Below, one piece after another: positions 1-10,841 of a DNA stretch of 64,000 nucleotides; positions within the stretch are counted from its first letter, which is position 1, and every line of letters begins with the position of its first letter. Source of the DNA: Candidatus Poribacteria bacterium (lineage in GTDB: Bacteria > Poribacteria > WGA-4E > PCPOR2b); NCBI GenBank assembly GCA_965215015.1, contig OZ244042.1, forward strand, positions 4,448,001 through 4,512,000. Reading direction: 5' to 3'. The translations under genes were made by a program, and so were the position numbers. The notes beneath the pieces are model-generated. The model saw only the letters and a list, made by a program, of their open reading frames with translations, did not search any database and was not told where the DNA came from.

Positions 1-881
1 TCATAGAGTCGGGCCAAATTGACCCGGGTGCCTCAATGGATATCGAGCGAGAATCCCCGTCACATGCCCTGATTAACGGCAACTGGGGATTTGGGCACGT
101 CATCGCGCAACGGTCAATGTCGTTAGCCATTCGCAAGGCAAAATCGAGTACGGTCAGTGCTGTTAGTATCTATAATTGTAATCATATTGGTAGAATCGGT
201 AGTTATTCCATGATGGCAGCGAAAGAGGGGTTGGTCGGGATAGTAATGGCGAACGCGGGAGGTGCCGCACTTTACGTCGCACCGTTTGGCGGTAGCGACG
301 GACGGCTTGCAACTAATCCAATATCAATTGCTACCCCAACACGGGGTGATGAGCCCATCGTTTTGGACATCACGAGCAGCGTGGTCGCACAAGGAAAGAT
401 TCGCGTTGCGGTGAATCGTGGCGATACTGTTCCGCTCGGTTGGTTGATTAACGGTAAAGGTGAGCCGACAACGGATCCACGTGACCTCAATGGACCACCG
501 CCCGGTGCGTTGCTACCACTCGGAGGCATTGCGGGGCACAAAGGGTTCGCGCTTGGTTTGATGATTGATGTGCTGGGAGGGGCATTGTCCGGTGCCGGCT
601 GTAGCGGTTCCGGCACAACAAAAGTCCAAAATGGGGTACTGATGATAGCAATTAACATTGCACAATTTACCCCGATGGAGGATTTCTACGGGCGAGTTGA
701 TGCACTTGTCGAGCATGTGAAAGCGTCGCCGCCTGCTCCCGGTTTTGAGGAAATCCTTGTCCCCGGCGAAATCGAGTCGTGTCAAGCGAAACGTCGAGCG
801 AGCGAGGGCATTCCAGTTGATGACGAAACGTGGAGGCAAATCCAAGAAACAGCAGCGGTAGCTGGGATTTCAGAGCTTTAG
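1..881 (+). CDS. Ldh_2 family (malate/L-lactate/sulfolactate type 2) oxidoreductase, 5'-truncated by window edge
   Basis: Frame is open upstream of ATG 36 to the window start. Motifs NHIGRIG, TNPISIA, LDITSS, HKGFAL, PGE.E are typical of Ldh_2. Confidence 0.85.
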   Translation, partial: IESGQIDPGASMDIERESPSHALINGNWGFGHVIAQRSMSLAIRKAKSSTVSAVSIYNCNHIGRIGSYSMMAAKEGLVGIVMANAGGAALYVAPFGGSDGRLATNPISIATPTRGDEPIVLDITSSVVAQGKIRVAVNRGDTVPLGWLINGKGEPTTDPRDLNGPPPGALLPLGGIAGHKGFALGLMIDVLGGALSGAGCSGSGTTKVQNGVLMIAINIAQFTPMEDFYGRVDALVEHVKASPPAPGFEEILVPGEIESCQAKRRASEGIPVDDETWRQIQETAAVAGISEL

Positions 882-1070
882 ATAACCTTTGGTGCGAGCT
901 AGCGAGGAGGTCGTTTACACATCGCTCAAACGGTAAACAGTAGGGGGGCATAGGTGCATTGCGCTATGTCTTTAGGTTTGACGCTCGGTTTTTGACCGGA
1001 GAGCATATCAACAGTTGTAAACTAGCATCATTGGTTAGATAGCATTTTGAAAGTCCAGTAGGGGGGTATT

Positions 1071-3749
1071 ATGGCGAAAAAACCGAAACGTTCCCCTTTG
1101 ATGGAACAGTACAAGCAATCAAAAAAACAATATCCGGATTCGATTCTCCTCTGTCGTGTCGGAGACTTCTACGAAGCATTTTACGAAGACGCTGAGCTGA
1201 TTGCTCGCGTCTTAGAGATTGCACTGACATCAAGGGATAAGGACAGCGCGGGCGGCGCAATCCCTATGGCAGGGGTTCCCCATCACGCGCTCGATTCGTA
1301 TCTTTACAAGCTGGTAAATTCGGGCTATAAGGTTGCAATTTTGGAACAGGTCGAAGATGCGAAAAAAGCGAGGGAGGAGAACCGGCTTGTCAAACGCAAC
1401 CTTGTTCGTATTGTAACAGCCGGCACTGTCACAGATCCAAAGGTTCTGGATGGAAAAACGAATAACTACCTCGTCAGTATTTATCCGCTCAAAGACTATT
1501 ACGGTTTGGCAGCGGTCGATCTTTCGACAGGAGAATTTACGGTAACGGAACTGGAAAACTTGGCAAAGCTCTGGTCAGAGATTCATCGGTTCGCTCCAAA
1601 AGAATGCCTTTTTTCTGAGGATTTCGATGATTCGGAGATACTAGACCAGATTCAGACGGATTTAAAGGCGGTCGTCAACTATCTCCCAGATTGGCGTTTC
1701 TCGTTTGATACGGCGCGGTCTGAGCTCGTCCAACACTTTAACACCCTTTCACTGGAGGGGTTCGGATGCGAACATTTGCCTGCTGCAATCTGTGCGGCAG
1801 GGGCGTTGGTCTACTACCTCTACGAAACCCAGAAACAGGAGGTGAAACATATTGTCTCCCTCCACACTTACACGATTTCCGACTTTATGCTTCTGGAAGC
1901 AGATACACAACGGAACTTAGAATTGACGACCTCTATCCGCGACGGTTCATCGAAGGGAACACTGCTGGAAGTGATGGACGAAACTGTGACACCGATGGGC
2001 GCGCGAAAACTCCGTCAGTGCATCTTGCAACCGCTGCTGCAGCCAGCGGAAATCAACGCCCGCTTGGACGCTGTTGATGAGTTGAAAAACCGGATTGGAT
2101 TGCAGGAGGAGTTACGGGAGCGATTAAGTAAGGTGTACGACATGGAACGGTTGATTTCTCGCATTAGCTTGGGTTCGGCGAATGCACGAGATCTCATCGC
2201 GCTGAAAGACTCGCTGCGCCTGCTTCCAGCGGTTAAGAACCAACTCAAGGATTGTGAAGCATCGCTATTGCGGACCTTGAATGAAAACCTTAATCCGCTG
2301 ACGGAATTAGCAGATCTGATTGAGACGTCCATCCATCCCGATCCGCCGGCAACGATTCGTGAAGGTAGATTAATCAACGATGGTTACAACGAACAGTTGG
2401 ATGAATTGCGCGGGATTACCAGCGAAGGAAAAAACTGGATTGCGGAACTTCAACAGAAAGAACGCGATAAGGTCAACATCCCTTCACTGAAAATCGGATT
2501 CAATCAGGTCTTCGGATACTACATTGAGGTTACCAAGCCAAATTTGCATCTTGTCCCAGAATATTATATCCGCAAACAGACGTTGACCAATGCCGAGCGA
2601 TTCATCACGCCAGAGCTCAAGGAACGAGAATCGCAGATCCTGAACGCACAAGATCAGATTCAGACGCTTGAATACGACCTCTTTTGCGAAGTGCGCACCC
2701 AAGTTGCAGGTGAAACCGAGGGGATCCAGAAAGCTGCCGCCATAGTTGCGATGATTGATGTCGCCGCTGGGCTTGCTTATATCGCCTCCAAATACGATTA
2801 CGCCAAGCCGATTATTGATGAGAGTGACGAAGTCATCATTCGGAACGGGCGACACCCCGTCGTTGAACGGCTTTTTACGCAGGAAGGGTTTGTACCCAAC
2901 GATACAGCGTTGAACTGCCGTGAGCAGCAGATGCACATTATCACCGGTCCAAATATGAGCGGCAAAAGTACATTTCTCCGTCAGACAGCACTCATCACGC
3001 TGATGGCACAGATGGGCAGCTTTGTTCCCGCGTCTGCAGCGAAGATCGGGATTGTAGACCGGATTTTCACCCGCGTTGGTGCCTCCGATAACCTTGTGAT
3101 GGGGCAGAGCACCTTCCTCGTAGAGATGAACGAAACGGCAAATATCCTGAACAACGCAACGCGCAAGAGCCTAATTATCCTTGACGAGATTGGGCGCGGC
3201 ACCAGTACATTTGATGGACTGAGTATTGCGTGGGCAGTGGTGGAATACATTTTGGACGAGAAGCGAATCGGCGCGAAGACACTGTTTGCAACCCACTATC
3301 ATGAATTAATCGAACTCGCCGGTAAATATAAGAATGTGAAAAATTACAATGTTGCTGTCCATGAGGATGGCGAAACGGTGACTTTTCTACGAAAGGTTGT
3401 AAAGGGGGGAACGGATCAGAGCTACGGGATTCATGTTGCACGTCTCGCCGGCTTGCCGCAGGTTGTCATTGAGCGGGCAAACCAAATCTTGGAAGTCCTC
3501 GAACAACACAATCTGAGCATCGAAGGCGAGCAATCGGACCAGCCTCCGCTAAAATCGGCTACGAAAGCCCCACGACCTCGCCGTCGAATATCGAAGTCTA
3601 CCTTCCAAGGAGATTCTCTACAACTCGCCCTGTTCACACCGAAAACGCACCCTATTGTTGAGGAACTTCAGAACACTGAACTTAATCAGATGACCCCGAT
3701 GGATGCGCTGAATCTCGTCTATCATCTTAAGGCGAAAGCGGAGGAATGA
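1071..3749 (+). CDS. mutS: DNA mismatch repair protein MutS
   Basis: SPLMEQY and GDFYE mismatch-binding motifs, Walker A GPNMSGKST, STFLVEM, DEIGRGTST, FATHYHEL, SYGIHVA. Confidence 0.98.
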   Translation: MAKKPKRSPLMEQYKQSKKQYPDSILLCRVGDFYEAFYEDAELIARVLEIALTSRDKDSAGGAIPMAGVPHHALDSYLYKLVNSGYKVAILEQVEDAKKAREENRLVKRNLVRIVTAGTVTDPKVLDGKTNNYLVSIYPLKDYYGLAAVDLSTGEFTVTELENLAKLWSEIHRFAPKECLFSEDFDDSEILDQIQTDLKAVVNYLPDWRFSFDTARSELVQHFNTLSLEGFGCEHLPAAICAAGALVYYLYETQKQEVKHIVSLHTYTISDFMLLEADTQRNLELTTSIRDGSSKGTLLEVMDETVTPMGARKLRQCILQPLLQPAEINARLDAVDELKNRIGLQEELRERLSKVYDMERLISRISLGSANARDLIALKDSLRLLPAVKNQLKDCEASLLRTLNENLNPLTELADLIETSIHPDPPATIREGRLINDGYNEQLDELRGITSEGKNWIAELQQKERDKVNIPSLKIGFNQVFGYYIEVTKPNLHLVPEYYIRKQTLTNAERFITPELKERESQILNAQDQIQTLEYDLFCEVRTQVAGETEGIQKAAAIVAMIDVAAGLAYIASKYDYAKPIIDESDEVIIRNGRHPVVERLFTQEGFVPNDTALNCREQQMHIITGPNMSGKSTFLRQTALITLMAQMGSFVPASAAKIGIVDRIFTRVGASDNLVMGQSTFLVEMNETANILNNATRKSLIILDEIGRGTSTFDGLSIAWAVVEYILDEKRIGAKTLFATHYHELIELAGKYKNVKNYNVAVHEDGETVTFLRKVVKGGTDQSYGIHVARLAGLPQVVIERANQILEVLEQHNLSIEGEQSDQPPLKSATKAPRPRRRISKSTFQGDSLQLALFTPKTHPIVEELQNTELNQMTPMDALNLVYHLKAKAEE

Positions 3750-3769
3750 GGCTTTAATCTTAATTGATT

Positions 3770-4020
3770 TAGGAGTTACGCATTTCAATAGGGAACCTCG
3801 ATCTGTGTTCCCTACTGACCCATTTTATGGAGCCTGTACTGTAGTTGCCCGACTCATCGGGCGTTGGGAACGGTATCCAACGGCGATAAATCGCCGAGGA
3901 TACCATGACTCTAGCGCAATAGAATACCAGACACGGTTGCGCCACACGATTGGCTCAATCGGTCCGGGACATTGCACTATAGTCCGGAGGTTTTCAACCC
4001 ACCATGACCATTTACGCATC
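3770..4020 (+). mobile_element. MITE-like element, family A (partial; right end not recognised)
   Basis: Starts TAGGAGTTACGCA. Contains the GTAGTTGCCCGACTCATCGGGC and GGCGATAAATCGCC hairpin modules shared with other copies. Confidence 0.6.
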
Positions 4021-4096
4021 ACGTTTCACTCTCAGTTTTTGACTGGGAGAGCGTATCAACAGTTGCAAACTAACATCATTGGCTAAGGAGTCAACT

Positions 4097-5107
4097 ATGT
4101 CTAAAATCCGATTAGGGATTATCGGTTGTGGCGGAAATTCGTCGGGTCATGCCCGCCGAATGAATGAAAATCCCGACGTCCAGATTGTCGGCACCTGTGA
4201 TGTGAACACCGACATTGCTAACAGTTATATCGATCGTAACCTACCAGAACTGGATCCGCGTCCAGCTGCCTTCGATAATATCCCAGAGATGCTCGATGAA
4301 ACGGCACCCGATGCTGTGGTGATTTCCACACCACACACGCTTCACTTTGAACACGGTATGCACGCCCTCAATGCGGGTTGCCATGTATTGGTGGAAAAGC
4401 CGATGGTGACAGCAGCGCAGGACGCATATACATTAGCCGAAAAAGTCAAAAAGACGGGTAAGGTGTTTACCATTGGCTATAATACCCCTTGCTCGGCGAA
4501 TTTTTACTATATCCGCGAATGCATCCGCAACCAAACACTCGGTAAGTTGGAATTGGTGATCGGCTATATTACACAGAATTGGCTTCGCGCAACGAAGGGG
4601 GCGTGGCGGCAAGTGCCAGAATTGTCTGGCGGTGGGCAAGCGTATGATAGTGGGGCGCATTTGTTCAATAGCCTGTGCTGGTCTGTTGAATCCAGCGTTG
4701 CTGAAGTCCATTCCTTCATAGACAATTGCGGCGCGGCAGTTGATATCAACAGTTCAACCAACATCCGGTTTAAAGACGGGGTTTTCGCGAGTATTGTCGT
4801 CAGCGGCAACTGCCCAAGCCCCGGTGGTACCCACATGGCTTTCATTTTTGATAACGGTCGAATCGAAGTTGACGGCTGGGGCGGCGGTTGGATTCGGGTC
4901 TATGAAGGTGGAGAACAGCTTGACCCACCACTAATTACCCAGGAGATGTCCGCGGGTTCACCAGATGACAACTTCATCGATGCCATTCTTGGCCGCGCTG
5001 AACCTCGCACCAGTCCGATGAACGGGATTATCCAGTCGGAGTTGATGGATGCTATCTACGAATCAAGTCGCACGGGGCTGCCCGCCCGACCCGTACGGCG
5101 CGACTAA
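4097..5107 (+). CDS. Gfo/Idh/MocA family oxidoreductase
   Basis: GIIGCGG Rossmann motif, VEKP motif, GGGQAYDSGAH. AAGGAG RBS before ATG 4097. Confidence 0.9.
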   Translation: MSKIRLGIIGCGGNSSGHARRMNENPDVQIVGTCDVNTDIANSYIDRNLPELDPRPAAFDNIPEMLDETAPDAVVISTPHTLHFEHGMHALNAGCHVLVEKPMVTAAQDAYTLAEKVKKTGKVFTIGYNTPCSANFYYIRECIRNQTLGKLELVIGYITQNWLRATKGAWRQVPELSGGGQAYDSGAHLFNSLCWSVESSVAEVHSFIDNCGAAVDINSSTNIRFKDGVFASIVVSGNCPSPGGTHMAFIFDNGRIEVDGWGGGWIRVYEGGEQLDPPLITQEMSAGSPDDNFIDAILGRAEPRTSPMNGIIQSELMDAIYESSRTGLPARPVRRD

Positions 5108-5185
5108 GAGTCTGTTTGAAAATCTAAGGGGCTATGATAAAAGAAGGCAAAAGAAATAGAAATACTCAATTTTTTTGACATCCGG

Positions 5186-5351
5186 TAGGAGTTACGCCCT
5201 TGAGTTTGTCGTAACGCAATTTAACCCGCGTCTTTTCTTTAAGGTAGTAACCCCACGTCCCGCTTGCGGGGAGATTAGAAGGGGACAGCACGCGGAGCGT
5301 GCCTACTACTTTGGGATTAACTGTTGCTGCTCGATGAATCGGGCAACTACA
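5186..5351 (+). mobile_element. MITE-like element, family A (partial)
   Basis: TAGGAGTTACGC start. GAGTTTGTCGTAACGCAATTTAACCCGCGTCTT and GCACGCGGAGCGTGCCTACTAC modules are shared with the 17540 and 19014 copies. Confidence 0.6.
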
Positions 5352-5442
5352 ATCTGAGGTCTGTAATCCTGTTTTTTAAGTACACAGGTTCGGACGGACA
5401 TTTACGCACTACGCTTTACGTTTTGGGGAACGGAGGATACCG

Positions 5443-6519
5443 ATGCAAACATATCGCGCGGCGGTTATCGGCTGTAGCCGAATGGGCGCATTCATCGACA
5501 ACGAAGGAGTTGGGCATCTTGCATCTGAAATAACCGACTACCTAGCGCAGAATTTCCCACGATCACATGCTGCCAGTTTTTTTGCAGAGGAGCGGATAGA
5601 CCTCATCGCTTGCTCTGATCTCCGTACCGAAGTGATGACAGCATTCGGCAAACGATACAACGTCTCGAAAGCACGGCAGTATACCGATTATCAGGAGATG
5701 CTTGAAAAGGAGCAGCCGGATATCGTTAGTGTCGCAACGCAGCCGGAACAACGTGCGGAGGTCGTTATCTATGCTGCGGAGCACGGTGTCAAAGCCATCT
5801 ATGCGGAAAAGGCGATGGCGGCATCAATGGACGAGGCGGATGCGATGGTAGAGGTGGTTGAACGCAACGGCGTCGCGTTCAATTTAGGCACCAATCGCCG
5901 TTGGGATACCGGCTTTGATAAGATGAAGGAGATTATTGATAGTGGCGAGTTGGGCGCGCTGCGGACGTTGATTATTTACGGCAACGGATCGCTTTTCAAT
6001 ACCGCTAGCCATAACTTTGATCTCATCCTACGGCTCAATAGCGATGCACCGGCGTCTTGGGTTTCAGCGCATCTTCCAGATGGAAACCAAATCATTGATG
6101 GGGATATCGTCCGAGAAGACCCAAGCGGCCAAGGCATGATCCAGTTTTCAAACGGCGTGACGGCACACGCTCTGCTGGCGCAGCTGGGGTGGGAGGCTAT
6201 CTGTGAGAAGGGAAGCATCACTAGCTCCCGAGATGGTGCGATGTGGCAAATCCGCTGTCAAAACAGGCTTCAATCCTTTCCCAGATTTGAACGTACCAGC
6301 AGCGGGGCGAATATTGTAAAAGACCTTGTTCATGCGTTGGATACGGGTGAACCGACACGCGGCGGGGTTCGTGTCGCACACGCAAGCACGGAGTTGATTT
6401 TTGCGTTTATGGAATCCCATTTACGGAACGGGGCGCGGGTGGATCTCCCACTAAAGGGAAGTAAGCTGCGTTTACAGCGAGACCGTGGGCCGAGACAACC
6501 AAGATTCAATCCACAATAA
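5443..6519 (+). CDS. Gfo/Idh/MocA family oxidoreductase
   Basis: [17 protein letters not shown]. Clearly paralogous to 30087-31196. Confidence 0.88.
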   Translation: MQTYRAAVIGCSRMGAFIDNEGVGHLASEITDYLAQNFPRSHAASFFAEERIDLIACSDLRTEVMTAFGKRYNVSKARQYTDYQEMLEKEQPDIVSVATQPEQRAEVVIYAAEHGVKAIYAEKAMAASMDEADAMVEVVERNGVAFNLGTNRRWDTGFDKMKEIIDSGELGALRTLIIYGNGSLFNTASHNFDLILRLNSDAPASWVSAHLPDGNQIIDGDIVREDPSGQGMIQFSNGVTAHALLAQLGWEAICEKGSITSSRDGAMWQIRCQNRLQSFPRFERTSSGANIVKDLVHALDTGEPTRGGVRVAHASTELIFAFMESHLRNGARVDLPLKGSKLRLQRDRGPRQPRFNPQ

Positions 6520-6544
6520 TCAACCGTTGCAAAGAGGAGAGCCT

Positions 6545-6895
6545 ATGGCAGAAGAAACAATTTTCAGTAAAATTATCCGCAAAGAAATACCTGCCGACAT
6601 CGTGTATCAAGATGATTTAGTAACCGCTTTTCGGGACATCAACCCCCGGGCACCCACGCATATCTTGATTATCCCGAATAATTTGATTCCTACCGTTGAT
6701 GATGTGACCCCTGAAGATGAGCAGACTTTGGGACGCTTGTTCACAGCCGCGTCGAAAATCGCGAGAGCGGAGGGGATTGCTGAGGATGGCTATCGTTTGA
6801 TCGTCAACTGTCGGCAGCATGGCGGACAGGAGGTCTATCATCTGCACATGCACCTGCTCGGGGGCCGTCTATTGGGTCGAATGATAGCGGATTAG
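6545..6895 (+). CDS. hinT: HIT-family nucleotide hydrolase (purine nucleoside phosphoramidase)
   Basis: [11 protein letters not shown] start, AFRDINP, histidine triad [17 protein letters not shown]. Confidence 0.92.
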   Translation: MAEETIFSKIIRKEIPADIVYQDDLVTAFRDINPRAPTHILIIPNNLIPTVDDVTPEDEQTLGRLFTAASKIARAEGIAEDGYRLIVNCRQHGGQEVYHLHMHLLGGRLLGRMIAD

Positions 6896-6907
6896 TAACG
6901 CTGCGTT

Positions 6908-8131
6908 TCACAATCGTAGGTCAAAGATAGTTTTCACTGCGCCGGATCTACCGGTGGACATCGCAGATTGGACAGCTTGTCGGTAATCCTTGAGCGAGAA
7001 CCGTTTGCCGATTAAACGGAGCAGCCTATCCCCCATCTGTTCTAGCAGTCGAATCCCAAGTGCAAAGGTACGGATTTCCTCACCTGCGTAGCTTTCGACG
7101 CCGTAAGTATATGCGCCGCTGACCTTCAATTCCTTATACCAAACTGAAGTCCAATCGATGTTTTTCGGAATCGCGGGCATACCCACAAGCATGACGCGTC
7201 CTTGCGCTCGTGTAAAGCGGAGGGCGTCGTCGATTGTTGTGGCGGAGGCGACACAATCAAACGTCGCATCAACGCCGCCTAGCAAGACAGGTTTACCCAG
7301 TTCCGGCTGATGGCTTTCCGCCTCTGTTAAGTAGCAGAAATTTGTGTAGAGCGACTTATCGGAGGAAAGGATTTCATCTGCACCGAGCTCGCTTGCGAGT
7401 TGACGCTGATGGGGGTACTTGGCAACAATTAGGATGCGGTTCGATTTCCCGATTGCGCGGATCGCCGCAACGGTGAGCAGCCCAACCGTCCCCGCCCCGA
7501 TGATTAGGACTTCGTCCGCGTCTGTGAGGTCGGCTTTCAAAACACCATGTAACGCACAGGCAAACGGTTCGAGCAGCACAGCGATTTCATCGGAGAGACC
7601 TTCTGGCAAGTGGTGGATTTGATTTTTATGTGCTAGAAAGTAAGGACTCCAGCTCCCACCGGTGTCCCGACAATATCCTGTCTGAATACCTGCCGAGATA
7701 TTCCCTTTTGTAATGTTCTCACAGTTCGCAAAATGCCCTTGTCTGCACTGGTAACAGGCGGGTTCAATGCCGCGGATTTCGCACGACAGCACAGGTTCAA
7801 TGACAACGCGATCTCCGATGGTATACCCCTCAACCCCTTCCCCTATCTCTGCAATTTCTCCGACTACCTCGTGTCCAAGCACAAACGGACACGACGTGAA
7901 CGGCGAGAAGTATGGACTGCCCTTCGCCGTAATGGTCGCAAGATCTGAGCCGCAGATTCCGCTCAACCGCGTCTTGATTTTTACCCAATCCGGTGCAGGC
8001 AAATGCGGCTCATCAATCTCAGCCAAACGGATACATGAAATACTAGAGGTGTAAAGCCAATTCCAGTGTTTCCCTAGGAGGCGCACCATTAGGTAGCGTG
8101 GCACGCTTTTAATATATTGGATAGCTTGCAT
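6908..8131 (-). CDS. Zinc-binding alcohol dehydrogenase (MDR family)
   Basis: GICGSD, GHE, structural Zn Cys cluster, GAGTVG. Confidence 0.9.
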   Translation of the reverse strand: MQAIQYIKSVPRYLMVRLLGKHWNWLYTSSISCIRLAEIDEPHLPAPDWVKIKTRLSGICGSDLATITAKGSPYFSPFTSCPFVLGHEVVGEIAEIGEGVEGYTIGDRVVIEPVLSCEIRGIEPACYQCRQGHFANCENITKGNISAGIQTGYCRDTGGSWSPYFLAHKNQIHHLPEGLSDEIAVLLEPFACALHGVLKADLTDADEVLIIGAGTVGLLTVAAIRAIGKSNRILIVAKYPHQRQLASELGADEILSSDKSLYTNFCYLTEAESHQPELGKPVLLGGVDATFDCVASATTIDDALRFTRAQGRVMLVGMPAIPKNIDWTSVWYKELKVSGAYTYGVESYAGEEIRTFALGIRLLEQMGDRLLRLIGKRFSLKDYRQAVQSAMSTGRSGAVKTIFDLRL

Positions 8132-8303
8132 GGTTTCGTAAAATGATAATGGAGGGTATATTAACGGACATTGCCACCCGTTTCCACGCTGAGGCTACGG
8201 GTCGGGCAAGTTGAAAATCCCGATTTATCGGGGAGGCCCGACCTACGGGTATGTTGTGTTTGATATACATACCACCGCTTGGGGTTACTATAACCTAAGT
8301 TGC

Positions 8304-8525
8304 TAGGTTCTGTTGACATAGGTGAAGTGTGTGCGAATGAGATACACAGTACACAATGGGTTGGGAGCCCCAACCCCTACGACGTGAACCGTGCTTACAT
8401 GGCATAAAGTAAGCTTCAAAGCCAACCAGAGAAATCGTAGGGACTTGGTTCCCTCGCCCGTTCCCCACCTCTCACTCTTGTCGGTCGAGATTTATATCTT
8501 GACCTCCAAATGTCAACACGCCCTA
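8304..8525. mobile_element. MITE-like element, family B, with internal GTAG-type REP-like hairpins
   Basis: Imperfect terminal inverted repeats TAGGTTCTGTTGACAT ... ATGTCAACACGCCCTA. Internal GGGTTGGGAGCCCCAACCCCTAC and GTAGGGACTTGGTTCCCTCGCCC. Confidence 0.6.
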
Positions 8526-8756
8526 AGTATTAAAAATCTATTGATTTTCCGTTAAGGTTGAAGCATTCTACCTTCGCTCCAGAGGAGCGCAATAGATAGT
8601 AGTAGGGGTTCCAACTGCTCATAAGTCAATTACCTCTCAGGTTAGCAAACCTGCGCCACGATTGTATTGTAATTGTCAGGTGGTGACTTGAGCGAAAATG
8701 CCATGGTTATCCAACTAGCCACTTGGGTTACTATAACTTATAGGGGACTCATGGTA

Positions 8757-9731
8757 CTACTCAAACGCTACCCCCAGCTTGACGCTTTTTTCTGGATGTA
8801 GGTCCATCTCCTCGTAAGCTTGAGGCGATTCGTCGAACGGCACCACAGGTGAGACAATCTCCTCACACCGAAACCGTCCTTCGGAAAGCCACTGCCAGCA
8901 GTGGTCTGTAATGCGCCCGAAATCCCACCGTGGATGATCGCGATTGGGATCGCTGCACGCCCGCGCAAAGATTAGATTCGGGATGTCGAAATGTGCGACA
9001 GCACCGAGATCCAGGCCGCCCTTACATTCCTTCATCCAACCGACAACTGCGACGCTACCACCATACGCTAATCCTCGGATCGCGCCATCCAATGCTTGGT
9101 AATTCGCACTTGTCTCGATTGCCACATCGATTCCAAGGCCGCCAGTCGCTTTCTTCAGTTCCTCCCCTACATCAACGGTAGTTGGGTCGAGCGCGAGGTC
9201 TATCCCGACGTTTTCAACGACTGTGCGTCGTTTGGCGATCGGGTCCACGGCAGCGACAAAGGAAGCACCAGCCATCTTTGCCATCTGCACGGTCATTTGA
9301 CCAATCGCTCCGAGTCCAAAGACTGCAACCCTGTCTCCCAATCGCACCTGACCATCTCGAATGCCGGCAAGGGCAAAATGTGCAGGGTCGTAGCAGACGG
9401 CTTCTTTCCACGTCATCCGGTCGTTCATACGCAAGGCTCGTTCAGCGTTCCACGTGTGTGTTTGTCGGAGGTTTCCATATCCGGCGACCCGGTCGCCTAT
9501 TGAGAATCCCTTGACACCTTCACCAATTTCGATGACCCGACCTACACACATATTGCCCAGTCCCATCGGAAATGTTCCTCCACGAAACCCATGATACCCT
9601 GTCAATTCTGTGCCGCGTTTGGGTGCGCCGAACTCCACCTGGATGCGGATATTTCCTGCTGGCACGGGCCCTTCTTCGTAATCTTGTAAAACAGGCTGCT
9701 GCACTGCGATTGCGACTAATTCTTTTGGCAT
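8757..9731 (-). CDS. Zinc-binding dehydrogenase family protein (MDR)
   Basis: GLGAIG nucleotide-binding motif, GTE and G.V..IG GroES-like part. AAGGAG RBS before MPKELV (ATG 9731). Confidence 0.85.
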   Translation of the reverse strand: MPKELVAIAVQQPVLQDYEEGPVPAGNIRIQVEFGAPKRGTELTGYHGFRGGTFPMGLGNMCVGRVIEIGEGVKGFSIGDRVAGYGNLRQTHTWNAERALRMNDRMTWKEAVCYDPAHFALAGIRDGQVRLGDRVAVFGLGAIGQMTVQMAKMAGASFVAAVDPIAKRRTVVENVGIDLALDPTTVDVGEELKKATGGLGIDVAIETSANYQALDGAIRGLAYGGSVAVVGWMKECKGGLDLGAVAHFDIPNLIFARACSDPNRDHPRWDFGRITDHCWQWLSEGRFRCEEIVSPVVPFDESPQAYEEMDLHPEKSVKLGVAFE

Positions 9732-9901
9732 TTTGCTCTCCTTATCTTGATTTGACTCCAATCGCCCCGCTGGAGCTTTATAGATAGCAATTTGTGTTAT
9801 TGTAACATTGTGTATAAATTAAATACCAGTGAATTGTGCATAGGGGACATGAAGCTTTCAAGGCTGCCGATATCCTGTTTGCTTCATTGCATATTTCTAT
9901 G

Positions 9902-9930
9902 TTGACGTCTTGCGGAAAATCTGCTAAAAT
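9902..9930 (+). promoter_or_regulatory. Sigma70-type promoter for the RraA-like gene
   Basis: TTGACG, 17-nt spacer, TAAAAT, with a TGn extended -10. Confidence 0.6.
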
Positions 9931-10000
9931 CACATATGTGAAAAGTAGGCGTCTTATGCCGCTTTGTTTGCGCTATTTGATCCACATATTAGGAGAAATC

Positions 10001-10738
10001 ATGATAAACACGCCAGACATTGAACGCCCGCCCAAACAACTCATTGAAACCCTCTCCGCTATCAGCAGTGCCACTGCTGCTGGTGAACTTTGCCGCTTGG
10101 GTATACGGGATCCTCAAATCTTGGGACCCATTCCCCGCATCCCCGGAAAGTCAGTCGTTGGCCCGGCACTTACCTTGCAATTTATGCCCAAACGCGAAGA
10201 CATCTACGCAGTCGATGAATATAACGATCCTGAAAAACAGCTGCACCGCCACGCGCTCTATCACACCCAGCCCGGCGATATCATCGTCGTTGACGCAAGG
10301 GGAGACATGAGCAGCGGCGTTTTCGGCGAGATGATGTTGACCTTTTTTAAGGGGCGAGGCGGCATCGGCGCGATCGTAGACGGTTGCATCCGGGATTTTC
10401 CCTATGCACAAACTTTAGGGTTGGGATTGTGGTTGAAAGGGACGACTCCCAATTTCCATACGCAAACGAATATCTATCCCTTCGCGGTCAATGTTCCTAT
10501 CGCTTGTGGTGAGACTTTGGTCATGCCGGGGGATATCATTGTGGCTGACGATGATGGTGCGGTTGTGGTTCCGATTAAGCTAGCACCTCAGTTGTGTGAA
10601 ACAGCCACCGCCCACGCGGAATGGGAGGACTTCAGTCGTATGAAGCTGGCTGAGGGTGGTCATTTACGTAAATACTACCCCCTCAACGATGAGGCACGAG
10701 CCGAGTACGAGGCGTGGCGGAAAGCTCAAGAGAAATAG
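10001..10738 (+). CDS. RraA-like / HMG-CHA aldolase family protein
   Basis: GPALT, GDIIVVDA, GEMM, VDGCIRD, PGDIIVADDDGAVVVP. AGGAG RBS before ATG 10001. Confidence 0.88.
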   Translation: MINTPDIERPPKQLIETLSAISSATAAGELCRLGIRDPQILGPIPRIPGKSVVGPALTLQFMPKREDIYAVDEYNDPEKQLHRHALYHTQPGDIIVVDARGDMSSGVFGEMMLTFFKGRGGIGAIVDGCIRDFPYAQTLGLGLWLKGTTPNFHTQTNIYPFAVNVPIACGETLVMPGDIIVADDDGAVVVPIKLAPQLCETATAHAEWEDFSRMKLAEGGHLRKYYPLNDEARAEYEAWRKAQEK

Positions 10739-10841
10739 AAGGGCAAAGTATCGGTTATCAATGCTAAGCTTGAAGCTTTCGTTAATCATGAAACTCTTGT
10801 AACAGGAGACCACTACCGAGGGATAATTTAAGGAGGGAAAT

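Noticed and set aside
3805-4086. Short ORFs in intergenic repeats (also 5175-5533, 8161-8373, 14938-15174, 17678-17869, 31358-31842)
   Set aside because: They overlap MITE/REP-like or intergenic sequence, lack an RBS and show no recognisable motifs.
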